DNA of 64,000 nt from Dehalococcoidia bacterium (GTDB lineage Bacteria > Chloroflexota > Dehalococcoidia > Lucifugimonadales > UBA3495), in NCBI GenBank assembly GCA_965220505.1, contig CBDCQE010000001.1, positions 1,115,082-1,179,081 of the forward strand. Reading direction: 5' to 3'. Below the pieces are notes generated by a model that saw only the letters and a program-made list of their open reading frames with translations, was not told where the DNA came from and ran no database searches. How positions within the stretch are numbered: the first letter of the stretch is position 1; each line of letters begins with the position of its first letter. A program made the translations under genes and the position numbers. Shown here one piece after another: positions 43,107 to 51,816 of the stretch.

Positions 43107-43946
43107 CTATTCGCTGGCCGGTTCCGCGTTCAGAGCCGAGTGGGCCCGGTTGCGGCGGCCGGCCAGGCGGGCCAGCAGGACACCAACCTCATAGAGGACG
43201 ATCAGCGGGCCGGCGACGATGGCCTGGTTCAGCGGGTCGATGGTGGGCGTAATGGCGGCCGCGATCACAAAGGCGGCCACCAGCCAAAACCGCCGGAAAC
43301 GGGCGAAAGTACGCGCGTTGACCACGCCCAGCACAGCCAGCACGTACATCACCAGAGGTGTTTCAAAGGACAACCCCAGCCAGAACAGCAGGCGGATCAT
43401 GATGTTGACGAGGTTACTGATGCGGATGAGGGGGTCCGCAACCTCGCTGCCGAATCCGATGAGGAAGCTGAGGGCCGGGGGGATCATCACGAAATAGCCG
43501 AAGGCCATGCCGGCCACAAAAGCCAGCAACGCGGCCGGAAGGAACGAAAAGAGGATTTTGCGCTCCCGGGGAGTCAATCCCGGGGCGACGAAGCGGATGA
43601 CGTTGTAGAGGATTACGGGCAGAGCTAAAACCAATCCGCCCAGGAGCGAGACCCGCACGGTGATGCTCAAAAACTCGGTGACCTCGGTGCGAACGGGCTT
43701 GAAGGCCGGGGCCGCCTCGGTAGATTCGACAGGTCGGAATATGCCCAGGTTGAAGTCCTGGTAAAAGCGGAGGGGGTTGACGGTGTCGGTGGTCGCGGCA
43801 TGCTGGGCCGGCCACAGGAGAACCGCGTAAATCTCCTCGTAGAAGTAGAAGCAGACCGCCGTGCCGATGAGCAGGGCGATGGTGCAGACCAGAGCGCGGG
43901 AACGCAGTTCGCGGAAATGCTCCCGCAACGGCATCGACTGGCTCAT
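43107..43946 (-). CDS. tatC: Twin-arginine translocase subunit TatC
   Basis: MPLREHFRELRSRAL... N-terminus and a six-TM profile. Length is 279 aa. Confidence 0.88.
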   Translation of the reverse strand: MSQSMPLREHFRELRSRALVCTIALLIGTAVCFYFYEEIYAVLLWPAQHAATTDTVNPLRFYQDFNLGIFRPVESTEAAPAFKPVRTEVTEFLSITVRVSLLGGLVLALPVILYNVIRFVAPGLTPRERKILFSFLPAALLAFVAGMAFGYFVMIPPALSFLIGFGSEVADPLIRISNLVNIMIRLLFWLGLSFETPLVMYVLAVLGVVNARTFARFRRFWLVAAFVIAAAITPTIDPLNQAIVAGPLIVLYEVGVLLARLAGRRNRAHSALNAEPASE

Positions 43947-43957
43947 GGGGCGTGGCC

Positions 43958-44272
43958 TTACCGCTGGTCTGGAGGTTGGGACGCCGGGCGATTGTCGGTG
44001 GCGTCGTTCTGGGCTGCCAGGTGCGGCGGCGGCGGCACCGGATCAGTGGGCGGCGACGGCGGGGTCGGCGGCGGCGCAGGGTTTTCCCGGGCGCGTCCGC
44101 CGCGCTCTTCGACCGAGGCCGCGTCCATGATGTCGGTGAAGGTGCGCCGCGCCTCGCGGGCCATCTTGCCGATGGTGCGCGCGACTTCAACCGTCTTGCC
44201 GGGACCGAGGGCGATGAAAGCGACGGTCAGAATGACCAGCAACTCCAGCGTGCCGATTCCGAAAAAGTTCAC
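43958..44272 (-). CDS. TatA/TatB family Sec-independent translocase protein (TatB-like)
   Basis: MNFFGIGTLELLVILTVAFIALGPGKTVEVARTIGKMAREARRTF, followed by a Pro-rich tail. Confidence 0.8.
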   Translation of the reverse strand: MNFFGIGTLELLVILTVAFIALGPGKTVEVARTIGKMAREARRTFTDIMDAASVEERGGRARENPAPPPTPPSPPTDPVPPPPHLAAQNDATDNRPASQPPDQR

Positions 44273-44291
44273 GGTGCAGTATCCGACGCAA

Positions 44292-46154
44292 TCAGGGGGA
44301 CGCCGGGGGCAAAGTACAGGGACCGGTGCATCCCGGCGGAACGGACATGGACGCTCGATCCGGAAGAGCGCATCCCATCCCGGCCAGGGTGTCGACCACC
44401 CGGCAGGCGGGCAATCCCATTACGTTGGAGTAGCAACCCGAAAGCAGAGAAGCCGGCCTAAAGTCCGGGTCCTGGATGGCGTAGGCGCCGGCTTTGTCCA
44501 TGGGAGTGCCGCTGGCGATGGATTCTTCCATTTCGGCATCGGTGAAGTCGCGCATCTGGACATCGGCGGCGTTGGCGTCGGTGATGCAGCGACCGGTTGC
44601 AGCGTCGTAAACGGTGAAGCCGGTGATCACCTGGTGAGTGGTAGCGCGCAGGCGGCGGAGCATGGATCGGGCTTCCTCGGCATCCGCGGGCTTGGCGATG
44701 GACTCGCCGTCCAGGACCACCGTGCTGTCGGCGGCGACGTAATAGCCGGATGATGGCGTCTCCGCCCCGGCAACGGCCAGGGCTTTCTCCCGCGACAGCC
44801 GGCGAACCATTTGCTCAGGGCTCTCGTTGGGTTCCTGGTCCTCGGGTATGGCGGAGGGAGCCACGCGGAAATCGATACCCAAACCGGACAGCAATTCCCG
44901 GCGGCGGGGAGACGCGGACGCCAGCACTATTTCGGCGGTCGCCGGCTTGGTGACCAGCGTCGCCACGCATTCCACGTGGTGCGTTTGGGGGAACATATCC
45001 ACCGGCTGAACCGACTGGATGCGGTAGCCCCGGCTCAGCGTGCGCAAATCCCGGGCCAGCGACTCCGGGTTGCAGGACACGTAGGCGATGCGGTTCGGTC
45101 GCAGGGTGAGGAGGGTTTCCAGGACGGCGGGCTGGCATCCAGAGCGAGAGGGGTCCAGGATCACGGCGTCGGGTGTCACGTCGAGACCGGGGAGGATTTC
45201 TTCCACCTTACCAGTTGCTAACCGGACGTTAGGGTGGCCGGCGGCGTTCACGGTGGCATCGGCGATGGCCGCGGTGGATTCTTCCACCGCGATGATCTCT
45301 CGGGCGAAAGGCGCCAGCAGCACGGCGAAAGTCCCGACGCCGGCGTAGGCGTCGACCACGGTCTCGTTGCCGGTGAGTTCCAGCGCGTCCTTGACCAACT
45401 CGGCAAGCCGGGCCGCCTGCCACACGTTAACCTGGAAGAAGGACGGCGACGCAACCCGGAATTCCTGGTCGGCTACGGATTCGCGGTAAGTCTTCTGGCC
45501 AGTGGGGATCGCGATCCCAGGGTTCTTGAGGGTTGGCTGGACGAGGTAGTCGTCGGTTTGCGGAGAGGAGCGGATAGCCAACTGCGAGGTCTCCGCGGCG
45601 CGTCCCTGCAATTGGGCCAGAATGTCGTTGATGCCGTCGTGCATCAGCAGGCAACGGTCGATACGGACGAAGCGGCGGCGTTCCCGATGGGTGAACCCGA
45701 GGCTGCCGCTTTCGCGCCAGACGTTGAAACGCGCATGGTTGCGGTAGTGATATTGGCGGGGTGACGCCAGGGTGGGTTGAACGTCAGGGTCGTGGAAGTT
45801 GCCAATTCGCTCCAGCGCGTCCCGCACAATCTCGGTTTTGACAGCCAGTTGCTCCTCGTAATCGACGTGCTGCCATTGACAACCGGTGCATTGGCCGAAG
45901 TATTCGCACGGCGGTTCCACCCGAGCCGGGGACGGGGTAATCACGCGAGTGACCTGGGCAGCGATGTATTTCCGGCGCACGGCCACGATCTCGGCTTCGA
46001 CCCGCTCGCCGGGTATGCCGCCGAAGACGAAAACGTCCGATCCGGCGTAACGGGCCATAGCCTCGCCGAGGCGGCCCCACGCATGGAGGTCCAACTCGAC
46101 GATGTCGCCGCGTTCAACTGTGGCGGCGTGGTTCGAGACTGCGGTCTGCGTCAT
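44292..46154 (-). CDS. Fusion protein: RlmD/RumA-type 23S rRNA (uracil-5-)-methyltransferase (aa 1-~400) plus Maf-like nucleoside-triphosphate pyrophosphatase (aa ~408-620)
   Basis: The RumA part has a TRAM domain, Fe-S Cys motif CEYFGQCTGCQWQH, DPSRSGC, VSCNPESLARDL and DMFPQTHHVECV. The Maf part has IVLASASPRRRELL...DKAGAYAIQD. It is a single uninterrupted frame. Confidence 0.8.
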   Translation of the reverse strand: MTQTAVSNHAATVERGDIVELDLHAWGRLGEAMARYAGSDVFVFGGIPGERVEAEIVAVRRKYIAAQVTRVITPSPARVEPPCEYFGQCTGCQWQHVDYEEQLAVKTEIVRDALERIGNFHDPDVQPTLASPRQYHYRNHARFNVWRESGSLGFTHRERRRFVRIDRCLLMHDGINDILAQLQGRAAETSQLAIRSSPQTDDYLVQPTLKNPGIAIPTGQKTYRESVADQEFRVASPSFFQVNVWQAARLAELVKDALELTGNETVVDAYAGVGTFAVLLAPFAREIIAVEESTAAIADATVNAAGHPNVRLATGKVEEILPGLDVTPDAVILDPSRSGCQPAVLETLLTLRPNRIAYVSCNPESLARDLRTLSRGYRIQSVQPVDMFPQTHHVECVATLVTKPATAEIVLASASPRRRELLSGLGIDFRVAPSAIPEDQEPNESPEQMVRRLSREKALAVAGAETPSSGYYVAADSTVVLDGESIAKPADAEEARSMLRRLRATTHQVITGFTVYDAATGRCITDANAADVQMRDFTDAEMEESIASGTPMDKAGAYAIQDPDFRPASLLSGCYSNVMGLPACRVVDTLAGMGCALPDRASMSVPPGCTGPCTLPPASP

Positions 46155-46229
46155 GGGAAATATACTAACACCTCATGGCGCTGACAGACTTGGAGTGCCC
46201 ATGGGCCGCAGGGCAATCGCGCTATCGCT

Positions 46230-46502
46230 GTCATTCCTGCGCAAGCGGGGAATCGAGAGAACGAAATTGCTATATGCGCTTCAAATTCGTTCATTCTATT
46301 AGGAGTTACGCGCTTGAAATTCCCACGCCCGTCACTCCGGCGAAAGCCGGAGTCCAGAAGTCTCAGCGTGAAAGAATCGGAAAGACGGTTAACGATTTCG
46401 GGCACTGGATTCCGGCTTTCGCCGGAATGACGGAAGGAAAGGCACGCAACTGCGTAAGTCCTATCTATGACTGATGGATGCCGGCTTTCGCCGGAATGAC
46501 GG
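46230..46502. repeat. Cluster of at least four family-B hairpin repeats (two form a ~103-bp MITE-like unit with inverted ends)
   Basis: GTCATTCCTGCGCAAGCGGGGAATCGAG at 46230-46257. GTCACTCCGGCGAAAGCCGGAGTCCAG at 46331-46357. CTGGATTCCGGCTTTCGCCGGAATGACGG at 46405-46433. TGGATGCCGGCTTTCGCCGGAATGACGG at 46475-46502. Spurious translations give the familiar ...IPAFAGMT... and ...RHSGESRNP... strings. Confidence 0.8.
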
Positions 46503-46676
46503 TTCGGGATGAAAGGCCGCCAACCGGGACTTTGGAAAGGCCAGTCAGCCAGTAGGGGTTCGGTTGACCGCCCCACAGGCGGGGTATAATATTGGCAACA
46601 TCCCGGCCGGCTAACGTGGCGGCGGTTGCCGTCTGCTGTTACGGCTGCAAAGCGATTCAATCTGGAGGAATTTAGA

Positions 46677-47006
46677 ATGCCCGAACCTATCGAAGTGAAC
46701 GGAGAGAACTGGCAAAGCAACGTGATGGACTCGGATCTGCCGGTGATGGTGGACTTCTGGGCGGAATGGTGCGGGCCCTGCAAGATGATCGCTCCGGCCG
46801 TGCATGACCTGGCGCTGGAGTACGAAGGGAAGCTGAACGTGGCCAAGCTGGACGTGGACAACGCGCCGGAAATCGCCGCACAATACGGCATCCGCAGCAT
46901 CCCGGCGTTGATTTTCTTCAAGAACGGACAGCCGATTGACCAGGTCGTGGGCGCGCAGCCCAAGCCGGCCCTGAAGCGGAAGATCGACGCGGTGCTGGAG
47001 AGCTAA
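46677..47006 (+). CDS. trxA: Thioredoxin
   Basis: WAEWCGPCKMIAP active site. Length is 109 aa. RBS GGAGGA precedes ATG 46677. Confidence 0.92.
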   Translation: MPEPIEVNGENWQSNVMDSDLPVMVDFWAEWCGPCKMIAPAVHDLALEYEGKLNVAKLDVDNAPEIAAQYGIRSIPALIFFKNGQPIDQVVGAQPKPALKRKIDAVLES

Positions 47007-47018
47007 GCGCTGATTCGC

Positions 47019-47115
47019 GGGAGTGGATGGGGCCCGGTGGCTCTTGCGGACTTCAAATCCGTTATGCCTCGTGACGAGCGGGGTAGGTGGGTTCGACTCC
47101 CTCGCACTCCCGCCA
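47019..47115 (+). tRNA. selC: tRNA-Sec (anticodon UCA), selC, CCA encoded
   Basis: Length is 97 nt. The sequence is GGGAGTGG-AT-GGGGCC-CGGT-GGCTCT...GCGGA-CTTCAAA-TCCGT, followed by a long variable arm (ATGCCTCGTGACGAGCGGGGTAG), ...GGG-TTCGACT-CCC and ...CACTCCCGCCA. The 6-bp D-stem with 4-nt loop, long extra arm and UCA anticodon parallel E. coli selC. Confidence 0.85.
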
Positions 47116-47164
47116 GCGCGGATTTGCGGTCCTGAATCCCGCTAAGCCGCAGCGAACTCAAAGC

Positions 47165-47203
47165 AAACGGCTTCGAGGTGAGTACTTCGGAGCCGTTTTT
47201 TGT
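47165..47203. terminator. Bidirectional Rho-independent terminator (trxA-selC on +, hypothetical gene on -)
   Basis: AAACGGCTTCGAGG-tgagta-CTTCGGAGCCGTTT followed by TTTTTG on the plus strand. The minus strand reads ...CGTTTGCTTTG after the stem. Confidence 0.75.
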
Positions 47204-47208
47204 CTTTG

Positions 47209-47895
47209 TCAGGCGGGTTGATCGGGCGGGTCCGGGTCATCGGGCTCGGCGGGTGGTTGGGCCATTTCGCGCTGGAGCTGTTCGCTCCAATTTTGCAGCC
47301 AGCGGCGGAATTCATCGAGCGCAGGCGGTGCGATATAGATCACCTCGATGTCGGTCGGAAACTGGACCTGGTGCCTTTCGTTGATGAGCAGCAGGCCGGT
47401 CTCGTCGTCGCCCAGCGTGTTGTCGATGGCGTCGGCGACGAATTCGTAGCGGCGGCGATTGGCGTCACCGAACCATTCCTGGAGCCGACCCGCCACAGCA
47501 GGGCTCATCAGCGGCTGCATCAAGCAACGCTGGAGGTCCAATGTTTCGGCCAGTATTTCCATGGATTCCGTCGTCTCCAGAACAGCCCCGGCTTGCACGA
47601 GACCGGCGGTTAATTCGTGGCTGCCCTGGGCAGTGGCTTCCAGATAGCCGAGGCCGGCATCTGCGCCTTCCGGCAGATTCTCGTGGTAGACGTGAGTGAC
47701 GCTACCCAATGCGTTCTGAACGGCCCGGACCTGAACATCCACCTGGTCCCAATAGCGGGCAAGAATTTCGGCGCCTTCGGGCGGCATGGACTCCGCGGGA
47801 ACGGCCAAGTTGACCAGCGGGGCCAGCAACAGCTTACGTTTGCCCTGGTAGTTGGCGGTCGCGGGGCGGGTGATTCGGCCGAGTTCTTCCACCAT
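47209..47895 (-). CDS. Hypothetical protein (228 aa), no family recognised
   Basis: RBS GGAG lies 7 nt upstream of ATG 47895. The composition is coding-like with an acidic Pro-rich C-terminus. It is divergent from lutA. Confidence 0.55.
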   Translation of the reverse strand: MVEELGRITRPATANYQGKRKLLLAPLVNLAVPAESMPPEGAEILARYWDQVDVQVRAVQNALGSVTHVYHENLPEGADAGLGYLEATAQGSHELTAGLVQAGAVLETTESMEILAETLDLQRCLMQPLMSPAVAGRLQEWFGDANRRRYEFVADAIDNTLGDDETGLLLINERHQVQFPTDIEVIYIAPPALDEFRRWLQNWSEQLQREMAQPPAEPDDPDPPDQPA

Positions 47896-48033
47896 AGTTG
47901 CGCTCCGGTCCAAGAAGATGATGGCCGCACTATGATACCCAGCGACCGGGCTCAGACCAAGACCGCGCCATGCCCGCCTTGTCCGATGGGTAGCACTCTG
48001 CTAACCTTGCGGCGCCGTGAACGAGGATTTGAT

Positions 48034-48786
48034 TTGAGCCAGCCGCAGCCCATTCGGGCGTCCCTTTTCGTCACATGCATCGTTGACCAGCTTTATCCTG
48101 AGGTTGGGGTCAGCGTGGTGCGGGTGCTGAGGAATGCCGGCGTCGATGTCGACTTCCCGGAAGGCCAGACCTGCTGCGGCCAGCCGCTGTACAACTCCGG
48201 TTTCACGGCAGAGGCGCGGAAGTTAGCGGAACGCACGCTGGATATCCTGGGCGACCGGGAGTATGTGGTGGTGCCCTCGGGGTCCTGCGGCGCGATGATG
48301 CGGGTGTTTTACCTGGACCTGTTCGCGGACGACCCGGAAATGCTGGAGCGGGCGAAAGATCTCAGCCAACGCGTCCATGAATTCACCGAATTCCTGGTCG
48401 ACGTGGTCGGCTATGAGCCCGCAGCGGTAGAGAACACGCAAGGCGAGACCAAAGTTGCTTATCACCCATCGTGCCATCTGTTGCGCGAGATGGAGGTCAA
48501 AGAGGCTCCGCAGGGGTTGCTGGACGCCGCGCCGGGCGTGGAGCGCGTTGAACTGCCCGATGCAGAGCAGTGCTGCGGGTTCGGCGGGACGTTTGCCGTG
48601 AAATATCCGCACATTTCGGAGGAGATGCTGGCCGACAAGGTTGCCGCGGCTACGGACAGTGGGGCGGATACCCTTACGGCGTGTGACATGGGCTGCCTGA
48701 TGCACATCGGCGGGGCCGTGAGCCGACAGGGATTGCCGCTTCGCGTGCGGCATATCGCGCAGGTTCTGGACGGCAGGGCGGGTTAA
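48034..48786 (+). CDS. lutA: Lactate utilization protein A (LutA/YkgE; CCG-domain Fe-S oxidoreductase)
   Basis: SLFVTCIVDQ...FPEGQTCCGQP...YHPSCHL...EQCCGFGGTF closely parallels E. coli YkgE. The TTG 48034 start has RBS GAGGA. The alternative is ATG 47986. The rest of listed ORF 47617.. is antisense overlap. Confidence 0.85.
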   Translation: MSQPQPIRASLFVTCIVDQLYPEVGVSVVRVLRNAGVDVDFPEGQTCCGQPLYNSGFTAEARKLAERTLDILGDREYVVVPSGSCGAMMRVFYLDLFADDPEMLERAKDLSQRVHEFTEFLVDVVGYEPAAVENTQGETKVAYHPSCHLLREMEVKEAPQGLLDAAPGVERVELPDAEQCCGFGGTFAVKYPHISEEMLADKVAAATDSGADTLTACDMGCLMHIGGAVSRQGLPLRVRHIAQVLDGRAG

Positions 48787-48787
48787 C

Positions 48788-50248
48788 ATGGCGGAAGTCG
48801 TCACCCGACAGTTCGTGCCCGCGTCCCAGGCGGCGGTGAAGGATGCCCAACTGCGCCAGGCTCTGCGCCGCGCGGGCACGGGTTTCGACGGGACGCGGCG
48901 GGAGGCGATCGAAGAGGTCACTCCCGAAGTGTGGGAGCAGTGGCGGGTGCAGGCGCGTCGGATCAAGGAACACACCATCGGGCACCTGGACTACTACCTG
49001 GAGATGCTGGAGCGTAACGTGACCGCGGCCGGCGGGCGAGTGCATTTTGCCGTAGACGCGGAGCAGGCCAACGCCATCGTGTCCGAGATCGCGCGCGCGA
49101 ACGACGTGCGGACGGTCACGAAGAGCAAGTCGATGGTGTCCGAGGAACTTGGCCTCAACCACGTGCTGGAGGCGCGGGGAATCGAGGTGTTCGAAACCGA
49201 CCTGGGCGAGTACATCATCCAATTGGCCGACGAGACGCCTTCGCATCTGGTGGCGCCGGCGCTGCACAAGACCCGGGGGCAGGTGGCCCAACTGTTTGCG
49301 GACCAACTGGGCGTGCCGTATTCGGATGACATCGAGGAGATGGCGCGGATAGCCCGGGTGGTGCTGCGCCAGAAGTTCCTGGACGCCGACATGGGCATCA
49401 GCGGGGCCAACTTCCTGGTTGCCGAAACCGGTTCGCTGGTGATTATCACCAACGAAGGGAATGGCCGGTTGTGCACCTCCGCGCCGCGGGTCCACGTGGG
49501 CCTGGCCGGTATGGAGAAGGTGATCCCTTCACTGCAGGACCTGGCGGTGTTCCTGAGACTGCTGCCGCGTTCGGCGACGGGACAGCGCATCACGTCTTAC
49601 ATGAGCATGGTCACCGGGCCGCGTCGCGCCGAGGATGAGGACGGGCCAGAGGAATTTCACCTGGTGATCGTGGACAACGGGCGCAGCCGGCTGTTGTCCG
49701 ATCCGGCATTGCGGGAGTCGCTTTACTGCATCCGATGTGGGGCGTGCCTGAACGTGTGTCCGGTTTACCAGCGGGTGGGCGGTCACGCCTACGGCTGGGT
49801 GTATCCCGGGCCGATCGGATCCATCGTGACGCCGGGCCTAGTGGGCGTGGGACAGGCCAAGGACCTGCCCAATGCTTCGACGCTGTGCGGAGCGTGCCGG
49901 GACGCGTGCCCGGTTCAAATCAACATTCCCAGGATGCTGCTGCACCTGCGACACAACATAGCAGAGGGAACCGAATCGTACGGTGGCACGGGCACGGACA
50001 CGGAGAACCTGCTGGCGAGGGGGTTTGCCTCCGTTATGTCCAGTCCGCGGTTGTTGAATATCGGACGCAGGATTGGCCGACGATTGCTGGCGCCCATGGC
50101 GAAAGGCGGCGTGCTGGGACCCACGCGCATCCCGTTGGTGTCCCGTTGGACGCGGTCGCGGGATCTGCCCGTTCCCGCACCTCGATCATTCTCCGAAATC
50201 TGGCGGGATGAGCTGGCGGGCCAGCAGTCGACCCGCTCCGGGGACTAA
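48788..50248 (+). CDS. lutB: Lactate utilization protein B (LutB/YkgF; 4Fe-4S, LUD domain)
   Basis: Two ferredoxin-type clusters (CIRCGACLNVCP; CGACRDACP) plus a LUD/DUF162 domain. Length is 486 aa. Confidence 0.88.
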   Translation: MAEVVTRQFVPASQAAVKDAQLRQALRRAGTGFDGTRREAIEEVTPEVWEQWRVQARRIKEHTIGHLDYYLEMLERNVTAAGGRVHFAVDAEQANAIVSEIARANDVRTVTKSKSMVSEELGLNHVLEARGIEVFETDLGEYIIQLADETPSHLVAPALHKTRGQVAQLFADQLGVPYSDDIEEMARIARVVLRQKFLDADMGISGANFLVAETGSLVIITNEGNGRLCTSAPRVHVGLAGMEKVIPSLQDLAVFLRLLPRSATGQRITSYMSMVTGPRRAEDEDGPEEFHLVIVDNGRSRLLSDPALRESLYCIRCGACLNVCPVYQRVGGHAYGWVYPGPIGSIVTPGLVGVGQAKDLPNASTLCGACRDACPVQINIPRMLLHLRHNIAEGTESYGGTGTDTENLLARGFASVMSSPRLLNIGRRIGRRLLAPMAKGGVLGPTRIPLVSRWTRSRDLPVPAPRSFSEIWRDELAGQQSTRSGD

Positions 50249-50251
50249 CGC

Positions 50252-51034
50252 ATGGGTATCCCGTTCAATCGTGTTACCGGGTCTTCGGGCGGCTCGTTGG
50301 GTATCCCATCGGAGCAATTCAGGGAAACGGTGCGCGCGGCATTGGGCCGGCAAAGCGGGCCGCCCGCAGAGCCATACGAGGCGCTGACGCAGGAGTTGCC
50401 CGAGATCGAGGCACAGGCGGAGGCGGCGCGAGACCTCATTGCGCAGGCAAGGCCCGAACTCTTGGACCAATTGGCGGCGACCGCAGGGCTCCGGGGATGG
50501 AACGTGCAGCGATGCGAAGGGGCGGAGGAAGGGTTGGATTATGTCGCGTGGCTCGTGCGAAATTTGGGCGCAACGTCGGTGGCAAGATCGGAGCAGTCGG
50601 TGTTCGATACGGTTCCGGTGGACGCTGCCGTCGCGGGCGCCGGGGGACTTTGCTGGCCCGCCGTTTACGATGGCCCGTCCAGTCGAATCGAGGTGCGGCA
50701 ACGGCTGGCGGAATCGGGCATGGGGATCACCGGGGCCGACTACGCCATCGCCGAAACCGGATCGGTGGTCGTGCTGCCCAGGCGGGGCCTGAGCCGCCTG
50801 GTGTCAGTGGTGCCGCCGGTGCACGTGGCCATCGTCAGGCCTTCGGACGTGGTCGGCACACTAGACGACCTTTTCGCGCTGCGGCGGCTGGAGTACGTAA
50901 GGGACGGCGGTGAGATGGGCAGCTACCTGAACTTCATCACCGGCCCCAGCCGGACCGCCGACATTGAACAGACGATAGTGGTGGGCGTGCACGGGCCGCG
51001 TGAGGTCCACATGGTGCTGCTGAACAAGGAGTAG
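50252..51034 (+). CDS. lutC: Lactate utilization protein C (LutC/YkgG; LUD domain)
   Basis: ITGADYAIAETGSVVV...SVVPPVHVAIV...GPSRTADIEQTIVVGVHGPREVHMVLL. Confidence 0.85.
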   Translation: MGIPFNRVTGSSGGSLGIPSEQFRETVRAALGRQSGPPAEPYEALTQELPEIEAQAEAARDLIAQARPELLDQLAATAGLRGWNVQRCEGAEEGLDYVAWLVRNLGATSVARSEQSVFDTVPVDAAVAGAGGLCWPAVYDGPSSRIEVRQRLAESGMGITGADYAIAETGSVVVLPRRGLSRLVSVVPPVHVAIVRPSDVVGTLDDLFALRRLEYVRDGGEMGSYLNFITGPSRTADIEQTIVVGVHGPREVHMVLLNKE

Positions 51035-51038
51035 GCCA

Positions 51039-51380
51039 ATGCCGATGCGAGTAGGGTTCATCCAGTTCCGGCGCCAAATGATGGAACAGCAACTGTCCGA
51101 GATTATGGACGTGTTGCCCACGCTGGGCATCGAGAAGGCGATTTTGACCGGAGACATGGTCAGCGGAGATTATTCACCGGCCAGCACAATCGACCTGGTG
51201 TTTGTCCATGACACGGACCGACCGTTTGGACGGCGCGCCGATTTCTTCTCCTACCACATCGGTTCGCAGGTCGGCATGACGGCTCAGGTCTACACGCCGG
51301 CAGAATTCGCAGAGTTGCAAGACACGCTGCCGGCGCTGTACCAGGCCTGCAAGCAAGGAAGGGTGATTTTTGATGCCTGA
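51039..51380 (+). CDS. Minimal nucleotidyltransferase (MNT) domain protein, partner of the HEPN gene
   Basis: [22 protein letters not shown] shows the GS/GD...D-x-D NTase pattern. RBS AAGGAG. It starts 5 nt after the lutC stop. Confidence 0.7.
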   Translation: MPMRVGFIQFRRQMMEQQLSEIMDVLPTLGIEKAILTGDMVSGDYSPASTIDLVFVHDTDRPFGRRADFFSYHIGSQVGMTAQVYTPAEFAELQDTLPALYQACKQGRVIFDA

Positions 51381-51774
51381 TTTCGTGGCGGAAGGCGCTC
51401 GCTGGTTTCGACAGGCAGAGCAGGACCTTGAGGACGCGGGTTTCAACCGGGGAGGCGGACGCTACAACGTTGCCTGCTTCCTGAGCCAACAGGCCGCGGA
51501 GAAAGCGGTGAAGGCCTACCTGTACCGGCGAGGCGCTGAGGATGTTTGGGGAAACTCTCTGATCGACCTGTGCGAAGACGCCAAGATCTTCGAGATGTTC
51601 TTCGACACCATCAAGGCGGACGCGCGGCAGCTGGACAAGTACTACGACATCACCCGGTATCCGGAATACCTTCCCAGCGGGATACCGTCAGAGGCGTTCG
51701 ATGACGTGGACGCGGAACGGGCGATGGAGCTGGCGGGGATCGTGCTGCAGTTCGTGTCCTCGCGCGTTAACTGA
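51370..51774 (+). CDS. HEPN domain protein
   Basis: [12 protein letters not shown]...[20 protein letters not shown]...[13 protein letters not shown] matches the HEPN (PF05168-type) pattern. It overlaps the MNT gene by 11 nt. Confidence 0.75.
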   Translation: MMPDFVAEGARWFRQAEQDLEDAGFNRGGGRYNVACFLSQQAAEKAVKAYLYRRGAEDVWGNSLIDLCEDAKIFEMFFDTIKADARQLDKYYDITRYPEYLPSGIPSEAFDDVDAERAMELAGIVLQFVSSRVN

Positions 51775-51816
51775 CCGGACCGTCGATGATCGGGCTGCGC
51801 GCTGTAGCGGCGCATC

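Noticed and set aside
46155-46620. CRISPR array, suggested by several similar short palindromic repeats close together.
   Set aside because: The repeats are in mixed orientation with irregular spacing. The same elements are dispersed singly elsewhere, and there are no cas genes.
47209-47211. Read-through of other TGA stops as Sec (the hypothetical gene at 47209, the PNPOx-like gene at 17278, hicB at 27833).
   Set aside because: The downstream same-frame sequence hits a stop within a few codons, or is a terminator or another gene in a different frame. No GGUC-loop hairpin follows.
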